Program-made: the position numbers and the translations under genes
DNA from: Tubiluchus corallicola
Taxonomy: Eukaryota > Animalia > Priapulida
DNA length: 57,632 nucleotides
Reading direction: 5' to 3'
Assembly: GCA_030141605.1 (NCBI GenBank)
Contig: JAQGDQ010001170.1
Coordinates: forward strand, 1 to 57,632
The notes under the pieces: model-generated
The model's database searches: none
What the model was told of the DNA's origin: nothing
The model's input: only the letters and a program-made list of their open reading frames with translations
Part shown: piece after piece, positions 24,237 through 35,363 of the stretch
Layout of the letters: every line of letters begins with the position of its first letter
How positions within the stretch are numbered: position 1 is the stretch's first letter

Positions 24237-25477
24237 GGGCAACGTGTCTCTCTAGTCGCCGATAATGAGTTTGCCAAACAGTACGACATTGATGGAATTA
24301 GACAGCTCATAGATGCGCCGCACGCGTTTATCGCGCCCCCAGGCGGCTGTTCTTGTTAAATTGATTATATGTTCACAGGTCTGTATGGTCTTATGCAGTA
24401 TGTGACAGGATTAAGTTATCATATTCTGAGCACTGTTTCAGTATTGGACTTTTGAGTGGTATGAAATACCATCAGTAGACTTCGTGGTAATTTTAGGTGT
24501 TGTTTTCAGGAACTAATTAGTATTATGTTAAAGGGAAAGAAAAGGGGGCTTTAAAGTATATACCAAAGAACTTGCCATGGAAAATTGCATTACTTAGCAT
24601 TAGCATTACGCTCACCTGCGTGAAAGACTTTCCTAAGAAGAAAAGGGAATTATTAACATAATATATTTGCACCTGGCAAAACGGTGCTGCATTGCCATAC
24701 CAGTCTGCACCACTGATTCACCAAAAACACATTATTTATCTTACTGACAATATGAAGCAACTTATGCTTTTACTTAGTTGGTGAAGTGTGCACTATTTGT
24801 GCTCTAATTGTTTTTTTCAAACATTACTTAACCTAACATTACTTTTTCACCTAACATTACTTAAACTACTTCAGCAGATTTACCGTCAAAATGGTTGCGC
24901 CTAACGGTGTTCATGGGAGTCTAAATTTACAGGTTTTATACAGCGTTACTGCTGACTGAAGCTCTGTGTGCAATAAGACAGCATGTGTGATATGAAATAT
25001 CAAGAACTTCTTGAATCTTATTTATGAAAAGTTAATTACTTTCACAGCGTCTGAAAATTTCTAAAACAGCGGTAATATAAATGAATTTTATGCTATAAAG
25101 ATTTCTTTGCAAATTTCTTTGTTATATTTTTCTGCGTTTAAGTGGTTATAACTGTAAAACAAGCCCAACATGCTAAGTGTGTTGTCTTTTCCTTTAATTG
25201 TGAGATTGTTTTTCATTAACAAGCCAAACCTTTTTCAAACTAATTGCTCGTTCTGGCGTTTATTTGCCTGATTGAATCAAAATTATTTTAGACTAAAATT
25301 AAGTGACTCAGACCATCTGAGTGTTCTTCTGGAGTAGGGCGAGACAATATTTTGTTAGGCGTTTGCGTCAGTGTAGGTCTGAAGCATAGTTTTTATAATC
25401 TTCCCGAAATAGCGCGTATTGCTGTCTTAATATCTTTTTAATAATCTTCATATTGCGGCAACAAGCTTACAAAGATT

Positions 25478-25770
25478 GCAGACTGGCCGGAGGTTGAGAG
25501 GGCAACCCCCTAGTCTGAGGGCAACCCCATAGGTTGCAGTCTGGCCGTGACTTTCTTGCTGGTAGAGGCTGACCTCGCACCCTCTCAGACTGATAGCAAA
25601 GCCGTACTCCTACCCCACCCCCACCCCGGGGGGTGCGAACCGGCCATATTCCAGCGACAAATGGCTAAAAAGAGACGCACATGCCTCATGGCGACCTAAC
25701 TTGGCGCTCGGTTGGCTAGGGGAGAAAAACAGCCAAGCCGCTGGGTCCCGGCTTTGGACCCCTCCACTTT
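25478..25770. other. GC-rich structured island, possibly the 5' UTR remnant of a non-LTR retroelement
   Basis: Abruptly GC-rich against the AT background, with duplicated GAGGGCAACCCC and several hairpins (TTGGCT/AGCCAA, GGGTCC/GGACCC, GCCAT/ATGGC). It has no ORF. Confidence 0.35.
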
Positions 25771-26255
25771 AGGCTGACTATCTTTAGTGGCAGAAACAGT
25801 TATCAGTTGGCAAAAATGATAAAGATAATGCCGGAAGGTTACTATCTTACTTCATAGCGTAGCAGCGCTTCATACTATCTTACTTCCAACAGCTTACTAT
25901 CTTACTTCATAGCTTAGGAAGAAGTGGACATTTTTGAAATCTCAAATAGGTGTACATACGAACCATTACCGAAAAATGGTGACTGATCACAAATTTGTCG
26001 TCAAGTTTTCAGTTACTTTTGAAGTTACTATGAAGCACTTCTTTCTTGCGCACTTATAAATGTTGATTTAATCTTTTTCGTTTATTTGTTGCTAGCGCAT
26101 TACATGTTTGTATGTAATGGTATGTGTCGATAAACAAACATATATATTATATACTTTGTCTTCCAATAAATGGATTATATAGTATAATCAGAATCCTCCG
26201 TGTTAAGAATATATTTTGTATTAGAGCGAGCAAAGGCAAATACGTCAATAGCTAC

Positions 26256-26852
26256 ATAGGTACAAAAACCAATACTTCAATACACACATTCACTTATATA
26301 GGTACAAAACCAATACTTCAATACACACATTCACTTATATACGTACAAAAGCGGTACTTCAATACTCATATGCACATGTATAGGTACAAAAGCAATACTT
26401 CAATACACACATTCACTTATATAGGTACAAAAGCTATACTTCAATACTCATATTCACATGTACAGGTACAAAACAAATACTTCAGTACACACATTCACAT
26501 GTATAAGCACAAAACCAATACTTCGATCCACAGTTTCACATGTATAGGTACAAAACCAGTATTTGAATACACGCATTTACACATACAGGTACCATACAGG
26601 TACAAAACCAATACTTCAATACACACATTCACTTATATAGGTACAAAACCAATACTTCAGTACACACATTCACTTATATAGGTACAAAAGCTATACTTTA
26701 ATACTCATATGCACATGTCTAGGTACAAAACCAATACTTCAATACTTAGATCTCATATATACGTACAAAACCAATACTTCAATACTTACATTCTCATATA
26801 TAGATACAAAACCAATACATCAATACACACATTGACGTATATAGCTACAAAA
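26256..26852. repeat. ~40-41-bp diverged minisatellite, ~14 copies
   Basis: Unit approximately TAGGTACAAAACCAATACTTCAATACACACATTCACTTATA. Confidence 0.9.
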
Positions 26853-27388
26853 GGTACACAATGCAATACATAGGCTCAATACAAAAAGTAAAATGCGTAA
26901 TATACGTCAGACAAAAATTACATTAAATTATCTTGATATACATACTACATTACTGGTTTATAATTTAGAAATTATGAGTTGGAATTTTGTAACTAATGAT
27001 ACTTGGCTTTCCTATAATATAGAGATTCTTATTCAGTTATATACGTGACTATGCAAAATTTCACTTAAAGCATTTAACGTCATTTGCATGAGTTGCTTTT
27101 TGAAATCTATTTAGTTGGTATTGTTTCAGTTTCAGTTTTAGTATTGTTTCAGTTTTAGAATTGTTTCAGTTTTTTTTTGAAAATAGTTAATGATTCTTAT
27201 TGTTTGATAACAGACGAGAGGGAGTTTCATTGATAAACTGCTTGTTTGTCTATTGAATTATTACCAAATTTATTGCTTGTTTGAATTTGTTTTAGGTTAT
27301 TAGTTCTGAATTCTGGTTATTAGATGAGAGGAAAGGAGGTTTGAGAGCGGGAAAGTTGTGCTCTGTATTCGCGAAATTCGCAAATTAA

Positions 27389-28059
27389 AGCACAAGAAAA
27401 CCCTCCACTTTCATAAAGCTTAAAAAATTCGTTTCGAAATTTCATACCACTTACATACGACCTTTTCGTATGCATGGCTTGCATCGGCCGTAACGCTGTA
27501 TAAAACGTGTAAATTTGAACTCCCGCGATGACCGTTAGGTGCAGCCATTTTAATGGTAGGTCATTTGAAACAAGTTTTGATAACATTAAGTAAAGTTTGA
27601 AAAAGTAATCAGAGCATTCGTAGCATACATGTTGCTAACTAAGTAAAATTTTAAATTACTGTATCTTGTCAATAAGATTAAAAATACGTTTTTGGGTAGT
27701 GAGTGGCGCACCCTGGAGGGTGAGTCAGTGACATTTTACCAATTGGCACAAACATGCTAAATTATTTGTCTAGTTACATAAGTCTTTCCAGCAGGTAAGT
27801 GAAAAGCTAAGTAATATAGATTTGCACGGAAAGTTTTTTGGGACATAATTTAACATTGCCTTTTCTTCCACTGATTTACGTGACGTTGTGACGTCGTGTA
27901 ATGGCGCTGTCATAACAGTATCGCGGGGATTTAAAATGAAAACAAACGAAAATTCCTTTCAACGCGAATGCGATATGTGCATAAAACTGCTGTAAAGTAG
28001 TATAATTTTTTAAGGCGATTATCCTGAAATCTACTTCAGGTACCCCTTTTCTTTTTCCT
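27389..28059 (-). mobile_element. TTAA-flanked non-autonomous element, family C
   Basis: TTAA|AGCACAAGAAAACCCTCCAC ... CCCCTTTTCTTTTTCCT|TTAA. It is the reverse-complement homolog of 47417-48084, with more diverged relatives at ~14487, ~20800-21280, ~24530 and ~41215. Confidence 0.8.
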
Positions 28060-28607
28060 TTAAGACATCACGCGAAAATATGGCAGGGAGAGTGTGTGTG
28101 TATCACTTACAGATCGTTCCAGAAACTCAAGTGCTTTTAGAGAAACTGTGCTGTACAGTTAGTGGCAGAATAGTGATTAGAGAACGAACTTCTTGGAGCT
28201 TTCATCTCTTCTGGTCGGGGGTTTCACTTTCAGTGAGAGCGGAGAGGTGTCGTTGCTTCAGAATTCTGAAGGTGGTCAAACTCGGTAGAGTTTGCGAGCT
28301 TTAGTTCAAGGCCATTACGTCACTGGTTTTTTTTCATTTACGTACACACGTGTTTATGTAAGTTTGAAGCAACTCATGTAAATGACGTTAACTTCTTTAA
28401 TTCAAATTTTGTTTATCCACGTATTTATAACTGAATGAGAATCTCTATATTACCAATTTCATTAATTATAAAATTGCAACTCATAATTTGCAAATTATAA
28501 ACCAGTAATGTAGTATATAGTACAAGATACTTTAAAATTTAATGTAATTTTTGTCTGGCGTACTATTTTAGTTTTGCACTGTAACGAGTATATACATACA
28601 TACTTAC

Positions 28608-28616
<9 letters not shown>

Positions 28617-28695
<79 letters not shown>

Positions 28696-28700
28696 ATGCA
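28617..28700. repeat. (TG)n(TGCG)n microsatellite
   Basis: Directly visible. Confidence 0.95.
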
Positions 28701-30053
28701 TGCATGCATGTATATGTATTTTCGTTTGTTTTCATTTTAAATCTCCCGCAATACTGTATGTATATATATATATATATACATATATATGTATATGTATTTG
28801 TAGATTTTTATTTGACATCAAAATGGTTCACATGTTACAATAAAATTGAACAAGCCTCACCAAATGCGTCCAGTGCAACTAAAAAAGTTTTAGTACAAGA
28901 CTGAAGTGCTCAAACAGTATACGCATATTTACAAACACAACATCTTACATTAAATTTCACATGACGTTTGCGCTATTTATACATTCGTGACATTACATAA
29001 TTACATGACATTTGACGTTTGATATTTTAGACATTAGATTTGATAGTATATTATATACAGGATTTTAGATAGCTGTGGGATGAATGTGAGTTCAGATTTA
29101 TAAGGGACTGCAAATATTTATTTAAATGTTATCTTGGTTGCACTAGGTCTTGTGTTGCATTTATTGATTAGAGTAGTGCGCTAAGAATTACAATCATAAG
29201 ACGTAAGTTACCGTTTGCTTTGCTGAGTGGCAAGTTGGACAGTGAGGCCCTTGACAAGAATCTAACATGATGGAGAGGTCATTGTTGGAATTTACAGTTG
29301 ACTTCAGGGTAGTAGACATAGACATTTACTCTCCTCATTTGCATCAGAATACAAATAGACTGTAATTGTTATAATTATTAATTAATCAGGATACGTTATG
29401 CATAAAGGAAAGTGTTAGGCAGGTGCAGGAGAAAGGGTAGCGAAAGGCCAATTGGTCATCAAGCCAGCTACTCTTCTAGGGTTAGTGTAAATTGTAAAAA
29501 AAATTGTACCGCTGCTAATTATATCGTGTAACTGATATAATTATGAAGCAGGTTAAGAAAATCAACTGTTAATGTATCTATAGGTGAAGAAATTAAACTT
29601 TAAATGGATTATGCGACAAGGAAGCATTATGATAAAATAAAAAATATGCAGTGACGATCAACCAGATATGTCAAGCTTGTAACTAATTGATTAGAGCATG
29701 GACGAAGTGTAAAATCAAGTCAAAGCAAAAGAAGAAAATAAAGCATAAATAAAAAAATCAGTAAATGAAACAAAATATTCGTGGTAAAATGAAAGTAAAT
29801 ATAATGAAACAAAAATATGCAATAGTATTCAATCAAATTATGTCTACTTAACAGTACACTAAAGGTTATAGGTAATACAGCACATTGATAACACTACAGT
29901 CACACAAATGAAGTGCTAATGATATGATGATTAATTTAATAATTTATAAATTCTAATGATTTATAATCTTAATTTGAACTTTACTTACTTGGAATAAACC
30001 CATATTATTGAATTTTTGAAATAAAACTGTCGAAAAGAACGTATGAAAAAGTT

Positions 30054-30129
30054 GGAGCCTCGGCCCGGATTTGAACAAGCAACCTGTCGGTTCCAACCCG
30101 ACTGCCATGACCACTAGACTACTGCCTCC
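30054..30129 (-). pseudogene. tRNA-derived Pol III unit (tRNA pseudogene or SINE head)
   Basis: On the - strand: A box TAGTCTAGTGG, anticodon-like arm GTCGG-GTTGGAA-CCGAC (TGG), B box GTTCAAATCC, then TTTTT. There is no good acceptor stem. Confidence 0.55.
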
Positions 30130-30206
30130 AGTGACTTTGGCAGACTATAAGTTTCATTGTCGGCTGGCTTGTATAATAATTTTGTTAACTTTGCATTTAA
30201 AGATGA

Positions 30207-30756
30207 GACTACGGCCAAATCACGTTGAAAACACCGGTTCTCGTCTAAGTTAAGCAACGTAGAACCTGGTTAGTACTTGAATGGGTGACCGCCTAGGAAT
30301 ACCTGCTGTGTAGGCTTGCGGGGGATGCCTACACTGTATCTCGACACTAGGCGGAGGAGCTGCACAAAGTAGCCAACGGCTAGAGGGCAGAGGAGGTCAA
30401 GTGACCCAACGGCCATGTGTAGAGGAGTAAACCTTCCAAATCAGGAGTGGAGCCCAGAAGGCGGACCAGTGCAGCATGCTCACTGCCTCCGGCAACTCCT
30501 GCAGCCAACCTGGTGCCAAACGTATCGCACCGCTTTCCTTTGCACTACACCAGCGAAGAAGAGAGGGGGTTCCTGTTGTCTGGGCAACTCAGGATCTCCA
30601 TACACCTTGCCCGGGGGTGCGCCCTGGAGAGGCCACTCCAGTGGTTCAAGGATCGCATTGCTCAGCCACAGTCAACGCTGCAGCTCCATCAATGTAATCA
30701 ATAACTGACTCTCTTGGCGCACACTCCATTGTCTTCCGAGAGAGAAGGATGCCAAC
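30207..30756 (+). mobile_element. 5S rRNA-derived SINE (SINE3-type) with RTE-LINE-derived body and tail
   Basis: 30207-30317 is a 5S rRNA-like head with a ~9-nt deletion and no oligo-T terminator. The GC-rich body's tail encodes SRIALLSHSQRC (like the RTE ORF C-terminus) and ends CCATTGTCTTCCGAGAGAGAAGGATGCCAAC. It is flanked by a 13-bp TSD, CATTTAAAGATGA (30194-30206) / CATTTAAATATGA (30757-30769). Confidence 0.8.
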
Positions 30757-31026
30757 CATTTAAATATGACGTATTTCACTCGCTCAGACTAGACTTGGTT
30801 TCTGGAAGTTTTGGTTTCGAGTTCACGTGCGTGTTGTGTTGTTCGCCCAAGGCAAAAAGTAACGGGATTCTTCCCTGTTGCAGTTAATGGGCTAATAGTT
30901 CCAGCATATTAACAGGGATTACTGGCCGTTCTTGCTTCAAGTTTTTGAAACCTCATTATAGAAAGCAAAAATGCTGCATGCGGGCGAAATTCTATACACA
31001 GGAAAGTCAGGCGCGGTTATGCGTTT

Positions 31027-31299
31027 CTATATAAAGCCCCTAGTTTGTATGCAGGGCCTTTAGCATGTAAAAAAATCTGTGTCCGGTTGTATGGTTTTAC
31101 TTCCTCTCTTTTGTAGGAGCACGTGCTTCTTGTTACGTTGTTGTTTGTCGAATTTTTGTTTAATGAATTGAGGAATTTTGCCTAGTTGTCTGTTTGAGGC
31201 GAAGGAATTTTCATTTCTGGGTTAAATTGGACACGTAGTGCGTTCACACTGAAAGCGGTGCCGGAACGGTTTATGTAGCTGGATTTTGAGCGCGTAAGT
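31027..31299 (+). promoter_or_regulatory. Possible promoter and non-coding first exon of the Kir gene
   Basis: TATATAAAG at ~31028 lies in non-repetitive CpG-containing sequence, with a strong donor GTAAGT at 31294. The Kir coding exon starts at an acceptor and so needs an upstream exon. Confidence 0.25.
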
Positions 31300-31434
31300 A
31301 AAGTATGAGTGTTCGAAGTAGGGATAGTGGTAGCCTGGTCCAGAATTACTTTATTTTTGGAAGCAAAATCCGTGTGTACTTTGTTTGAGATCGTCGTTTT
31401 GAAAATGCATATATGTTAGCGACATTTCATTTGC

Positions 31435-31870
31435 CATTGGCGGACCCAGGGGGAAAGCCCAAGGGGCCTGGGCCCTCCCTTTCATAGTAACAGTTACAAC
31501 ACACCAAATTAATATGCTAATTTCCTCTGAATTATAAGCATTAGAACGATTTGCTAGATCCTAAAGGTGCCTTGAATCTGTAAAAATCATATATCGCAAG
31601 AAAACTGATGAATGTTATATATATCATGTTTGCTGTATAGTGCATATTGGTATGTAATTTTGAGTCAAAGGTTAGGTAACGCCTGTTCTAAACTAGTGGG
31701 CTTCCTTGAGGAAATGGCTTTCATAAGGCAGAAAAGTGGTCTGAAATGCAGTAAAATGTATTGCTGTCCGGGCGGATCTCCGTTGGGACCTTATACCGCT
31801 CCACCAGATCCCCTAATTTCTTTTCTGTTTGGCTTACCGTTGTACTAAAGAAAGCCTGTATCCGCCCTTG
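31435..31870. mobile_element. hAT-like MITE (degenerate)
   Basis: Imperfect TIRs CATTGGCGGACCCAGG ... CCTGTATCCGCCCTTG. No clear TSD. Confidence 0.45.
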
Positions 31871-32689
31871 CTTACTATATATATGGTATCCAATATTCAT
31901 CTGCTGATATCCTTACTATCCGGTGTTTTCTGTGTGCTATCCTTGCAAGCAGGGCGACATCCTATAGGCTGAAATTTAAATTTGAGTACATATATGTATA
32001 TCATTGTATATACAAGTAAGTAATATGGTGCATTGACAGATAATCACATAATTCATATTCGTAACTATTTAAAAAAGGTTCACTCAAAGTTGTAATTACA
32101 TATTATGTTTTCCTTTCTCAACTTTCAGGTTTATTGCTGTTATACCATTGCTATTATTACATCATTTACTTCATCCTTATTTACATTAAGTTGTCTACAG
32201 AAACATGCATAACTATAATCATTTTTTTCAGTAAGGTGAGTGTGTTAATGATCGTACGGTCGTACACTCACCTCGCACTACTCAAATTATTTTATTTAAA
32301 GTTTATTAATGTGTTTGATATTGTATTTTTTGATGTGTGAAATAAAATTCATAGTTCATAGTTCGTAGCTAGTGTAGGCTGCACAATAAGGTCTCTCAAG
32401 CGCTTGGGGCCCACAAGCTTTGGTGACGTTTGGTGAAAAACCTGTTTCACTACAATTGTGTTGAAATGTGCATTAGTAATGGTATGTAACATTTATCGGC
32501 AAACAAAAGGTAGTCATCGTGTTAAAGAATTTGCAATAAGTTTACTTCAAGCTATGTGAATATAGCCAGAATATATCAAGAGTAAAAAATATTCAAAACG
32601 GGTGCGGGCAATTTAGAGGGTGGCTCCGTTTGAGGGGTTCCATAATTTCATTAGTCTAGTACTGGCCCCAAAAGATCATAATCCGGTGT

Positions 32690-33300
32690 TATTATTTTTT
32701 TATTATTAATTCTTTATTTGTCATTAAAATGGTTCACTCATTATAATAAAATTGAGTAAGCCTCAGCGTAATGTTAAGATAACAGCGCTGTTCAAGGCAA
32801 ATGCGTCCAGTGCAGACTAAAAAAAAACTAAAGTGCAAAACTAAGGCCTAATTATATACAATAAATGAACATATTTACAAACACCATATTAAAATATTTT
32901 TACAAAACAATATTACAAAAGTACATTAAATTTTGCATGACATATTTTACACTATATATATACATTTGACATGACACAATTAACAGAAACGTGCTTTACA
33001 TTACATAAATTTCACTCATTACATTTACACTATTTATACATTTGACATTAAAAAACTAACATAACACGTATTACATTACATAATTTTTTAAAAAAATTTC
33101 ATTCTTAATCGTTTTATGGAGTCAGGGACGGGGGTAGATGAAAGTTGAGTCTGTGTAATTAGTATCAGATGCACAATCTGGAAGTTGAAACCTGTTATAT
33201 TGATAATCTTTTAATTTCTTTTTAAAGTGGTGGAGAGATTCTATTTGTTTTATTTCACTGGGTAGTAAGTTTCATAAATGTATGGCTTGTTTTGCTTACT
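32690..33300 (-). mobile_element. 3' remnant of a CR1/L2-group LINE
   Basis: The - strand translates QAIHL*NLLPSEIKQIESLHHFKKKLKDY, followed by a 3' UTR. A related UTR piece lies at ~28800-29030. Confidence 0.6.
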
Positions 33301-33487
33301 GACATTCTTTATAACCTGGAACGCTGCTTGTGTGAACTATAAAGTCACCCTGCATCCAAAAAAACTCATTTTTCTCAAATTTGGTGTCTCCGCATACTGT
33401 CGCCCTGAAATCCCCATGTCTTCGGCTCTATGAAAATACCTATTCATGCTGTTACTTGGTCAGTAACTCTGTTCACCTATATTGGAG

Positions 33488-33789
33488 TGTATGTTCGAAT
33501 GTATGTGTATGTTTGAATGTATGTGTATGTTCGAATGTATGTGTATGTTCGAATGTATGTGTATGTTTGAATGTATGTGTATGTTTGAATGCATGTGTAT
33601 GTTCGAATGTATGTGTATGTTTGAATGCATGTGTATGTTCGAATGTATGTGTATGTTTGAATGTATGTGTATGTTTGAATGTATGTGTATGTTCGAATGT
33701 ATGTGTATGTTCGAATGTATGTGTATGTTCGAATGTATGTGTATGTTCGAATGTATGTGTATGTTTGAATGTATGTGTATGTTCGAATG
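33488..33789. repeat. 18-bp minisatellite, ~17 copies
   Basis: Unit TGTATGTTYGAATGTATG. Confidence 0.95.
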
Positions 33790-35363
33790 CCACATTTTGC
33801 TGTTTTCTGCTTGCTTAAAGGAAAAGTCAAGCTTTCTGGGAAATTAGGATCGTCTCAATGTTCGCGAAAAGTGTTCGAAAGATTTAATAATAAAAGCGCC
33901 TCATGTAATAAGTAAAATAACTTTGTAGTTTACGTCTTTCTTAGTATTTAACAGGCACATGTAAGAATGGTACTTCTCTTTGTGTCTCCCTCGCACCCTC
34001 CCTTATCATTGTATTTTTTAGTTGTTGTTTATATTATTGATTTAGTCTTATCCATGTTGAGCATAGCTCATAAGTTAATTTCTTCTGCTGCGCTCATAGC
34101 ACTGTAATGCACTGTTAATTAGTAATTTTATAACTTTTATTCTTGTATGTCCTAAATGGACGAATAAATAAATCTAACTAAATAAAATCCGAATGTTGCT
34201 TTTTATGCGTGTACATATTTCAATGTGCATTGCACGTTTTTATGTGCGGTATATGGTTTTATGTGTATATGTATGTATATTTTAATGTACATGTATATTG
34301 ATTACTTTTTATTTGGTGTATAATAAACTAAACTAAACTAAACTAAAGGGCGCCCCCATTTTGAATGTTCATTCTTCCACCAATGACGTCGTTGATCAAC
34401 TGAGGTAAAGCAGTGCACTGGTAGCTTTTATCAAAGTTTAATAAGCTTTTACAAAAAATGAGATTTTTTAATGTTTTTAAAACGAACACTAGATAAGCTG
34501 TGAACATTCACAGAAGTTTCATTTCGCTTGAACAGCGCACCCTTGCTGAAAGCCACAATGCGCTTACGGAAAATCACGACGAAGTCCACCAGTTACGTCA
34601 TCATTTTCAAGCGAATGGCGGCTACCACCGTGTTTGGAAATCATACCCCATTTTGAAGTACGGTAAAAAATTTGCATTTTATTACACCTATAATAATGCC
34701 ATAGCATTAAGGTTAACTAAATAATAGGATAAAACCTTGAATAACAGCGGACAAACGCAACTAGTGATGATATCACAAACGAACAAAATTTCCAGCAGCT
34801 CAAACATTCCACGAGCATGTTGCACATGTTTACGAAAGCGAAAATTGAAGTACAGTGCTACTGTAGAACATTCAGCGTGATATATAAAAACTTGGCACTG
34901 CTGAATTCATGCATTAGCTGTTAAACGTGTACACTGCATCACAACTGAACATCTGAGCATCACTGTTCATCACAACTGAACATGCATTGAGAGGTACAAC
35001 CCTGTTTCTTCTGCAAAGTGTTTGTGACATGCAGAAACTAGAGCCTGGTCTAATGAGCAAATGGCAAAATACATGGAACAGCGAATAACCACCTTGCAAA
35101 CGCAAAATTAGGTTTCTGTGGTAATAAATCCTTCACATAAGTCATTTCCTTTCAATATCTTATAGATTAGATTGTTTTGAGCTACAGCTTAATATTGTGT
35201 ACGGTTTTCCTTTAACCGATAAGAGTAAAAGAAACCCAACATGCTAAGTGGGTTGTGCTTTCCTTTAATACCCCGTGTGATGTCTATTTTCTTCGATTAT
35301 TAGAACCCAAGTGTTGATTCTTGTTTTCATTTATTGCAGAGCTGACATGTGCAAGTGAAAGAA

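Noticed and set aside
30207-30317. Functional 5S rRNA gene
   Set aside because: It has a ~9-nt internal deletion and substitutions, lacks an oligo-T terminator, and continues into a retroelement body bounded by a TSD.
13407-33847. Long periodic ORFs (13407-14088, 19467-20123, 22397-23008, 23229-24310, 26124-26681, 33381-33847) as repeat proteins
   Set aside because: They are open in several frames only because the tandem units lack stops. They show no domain features or splice context.
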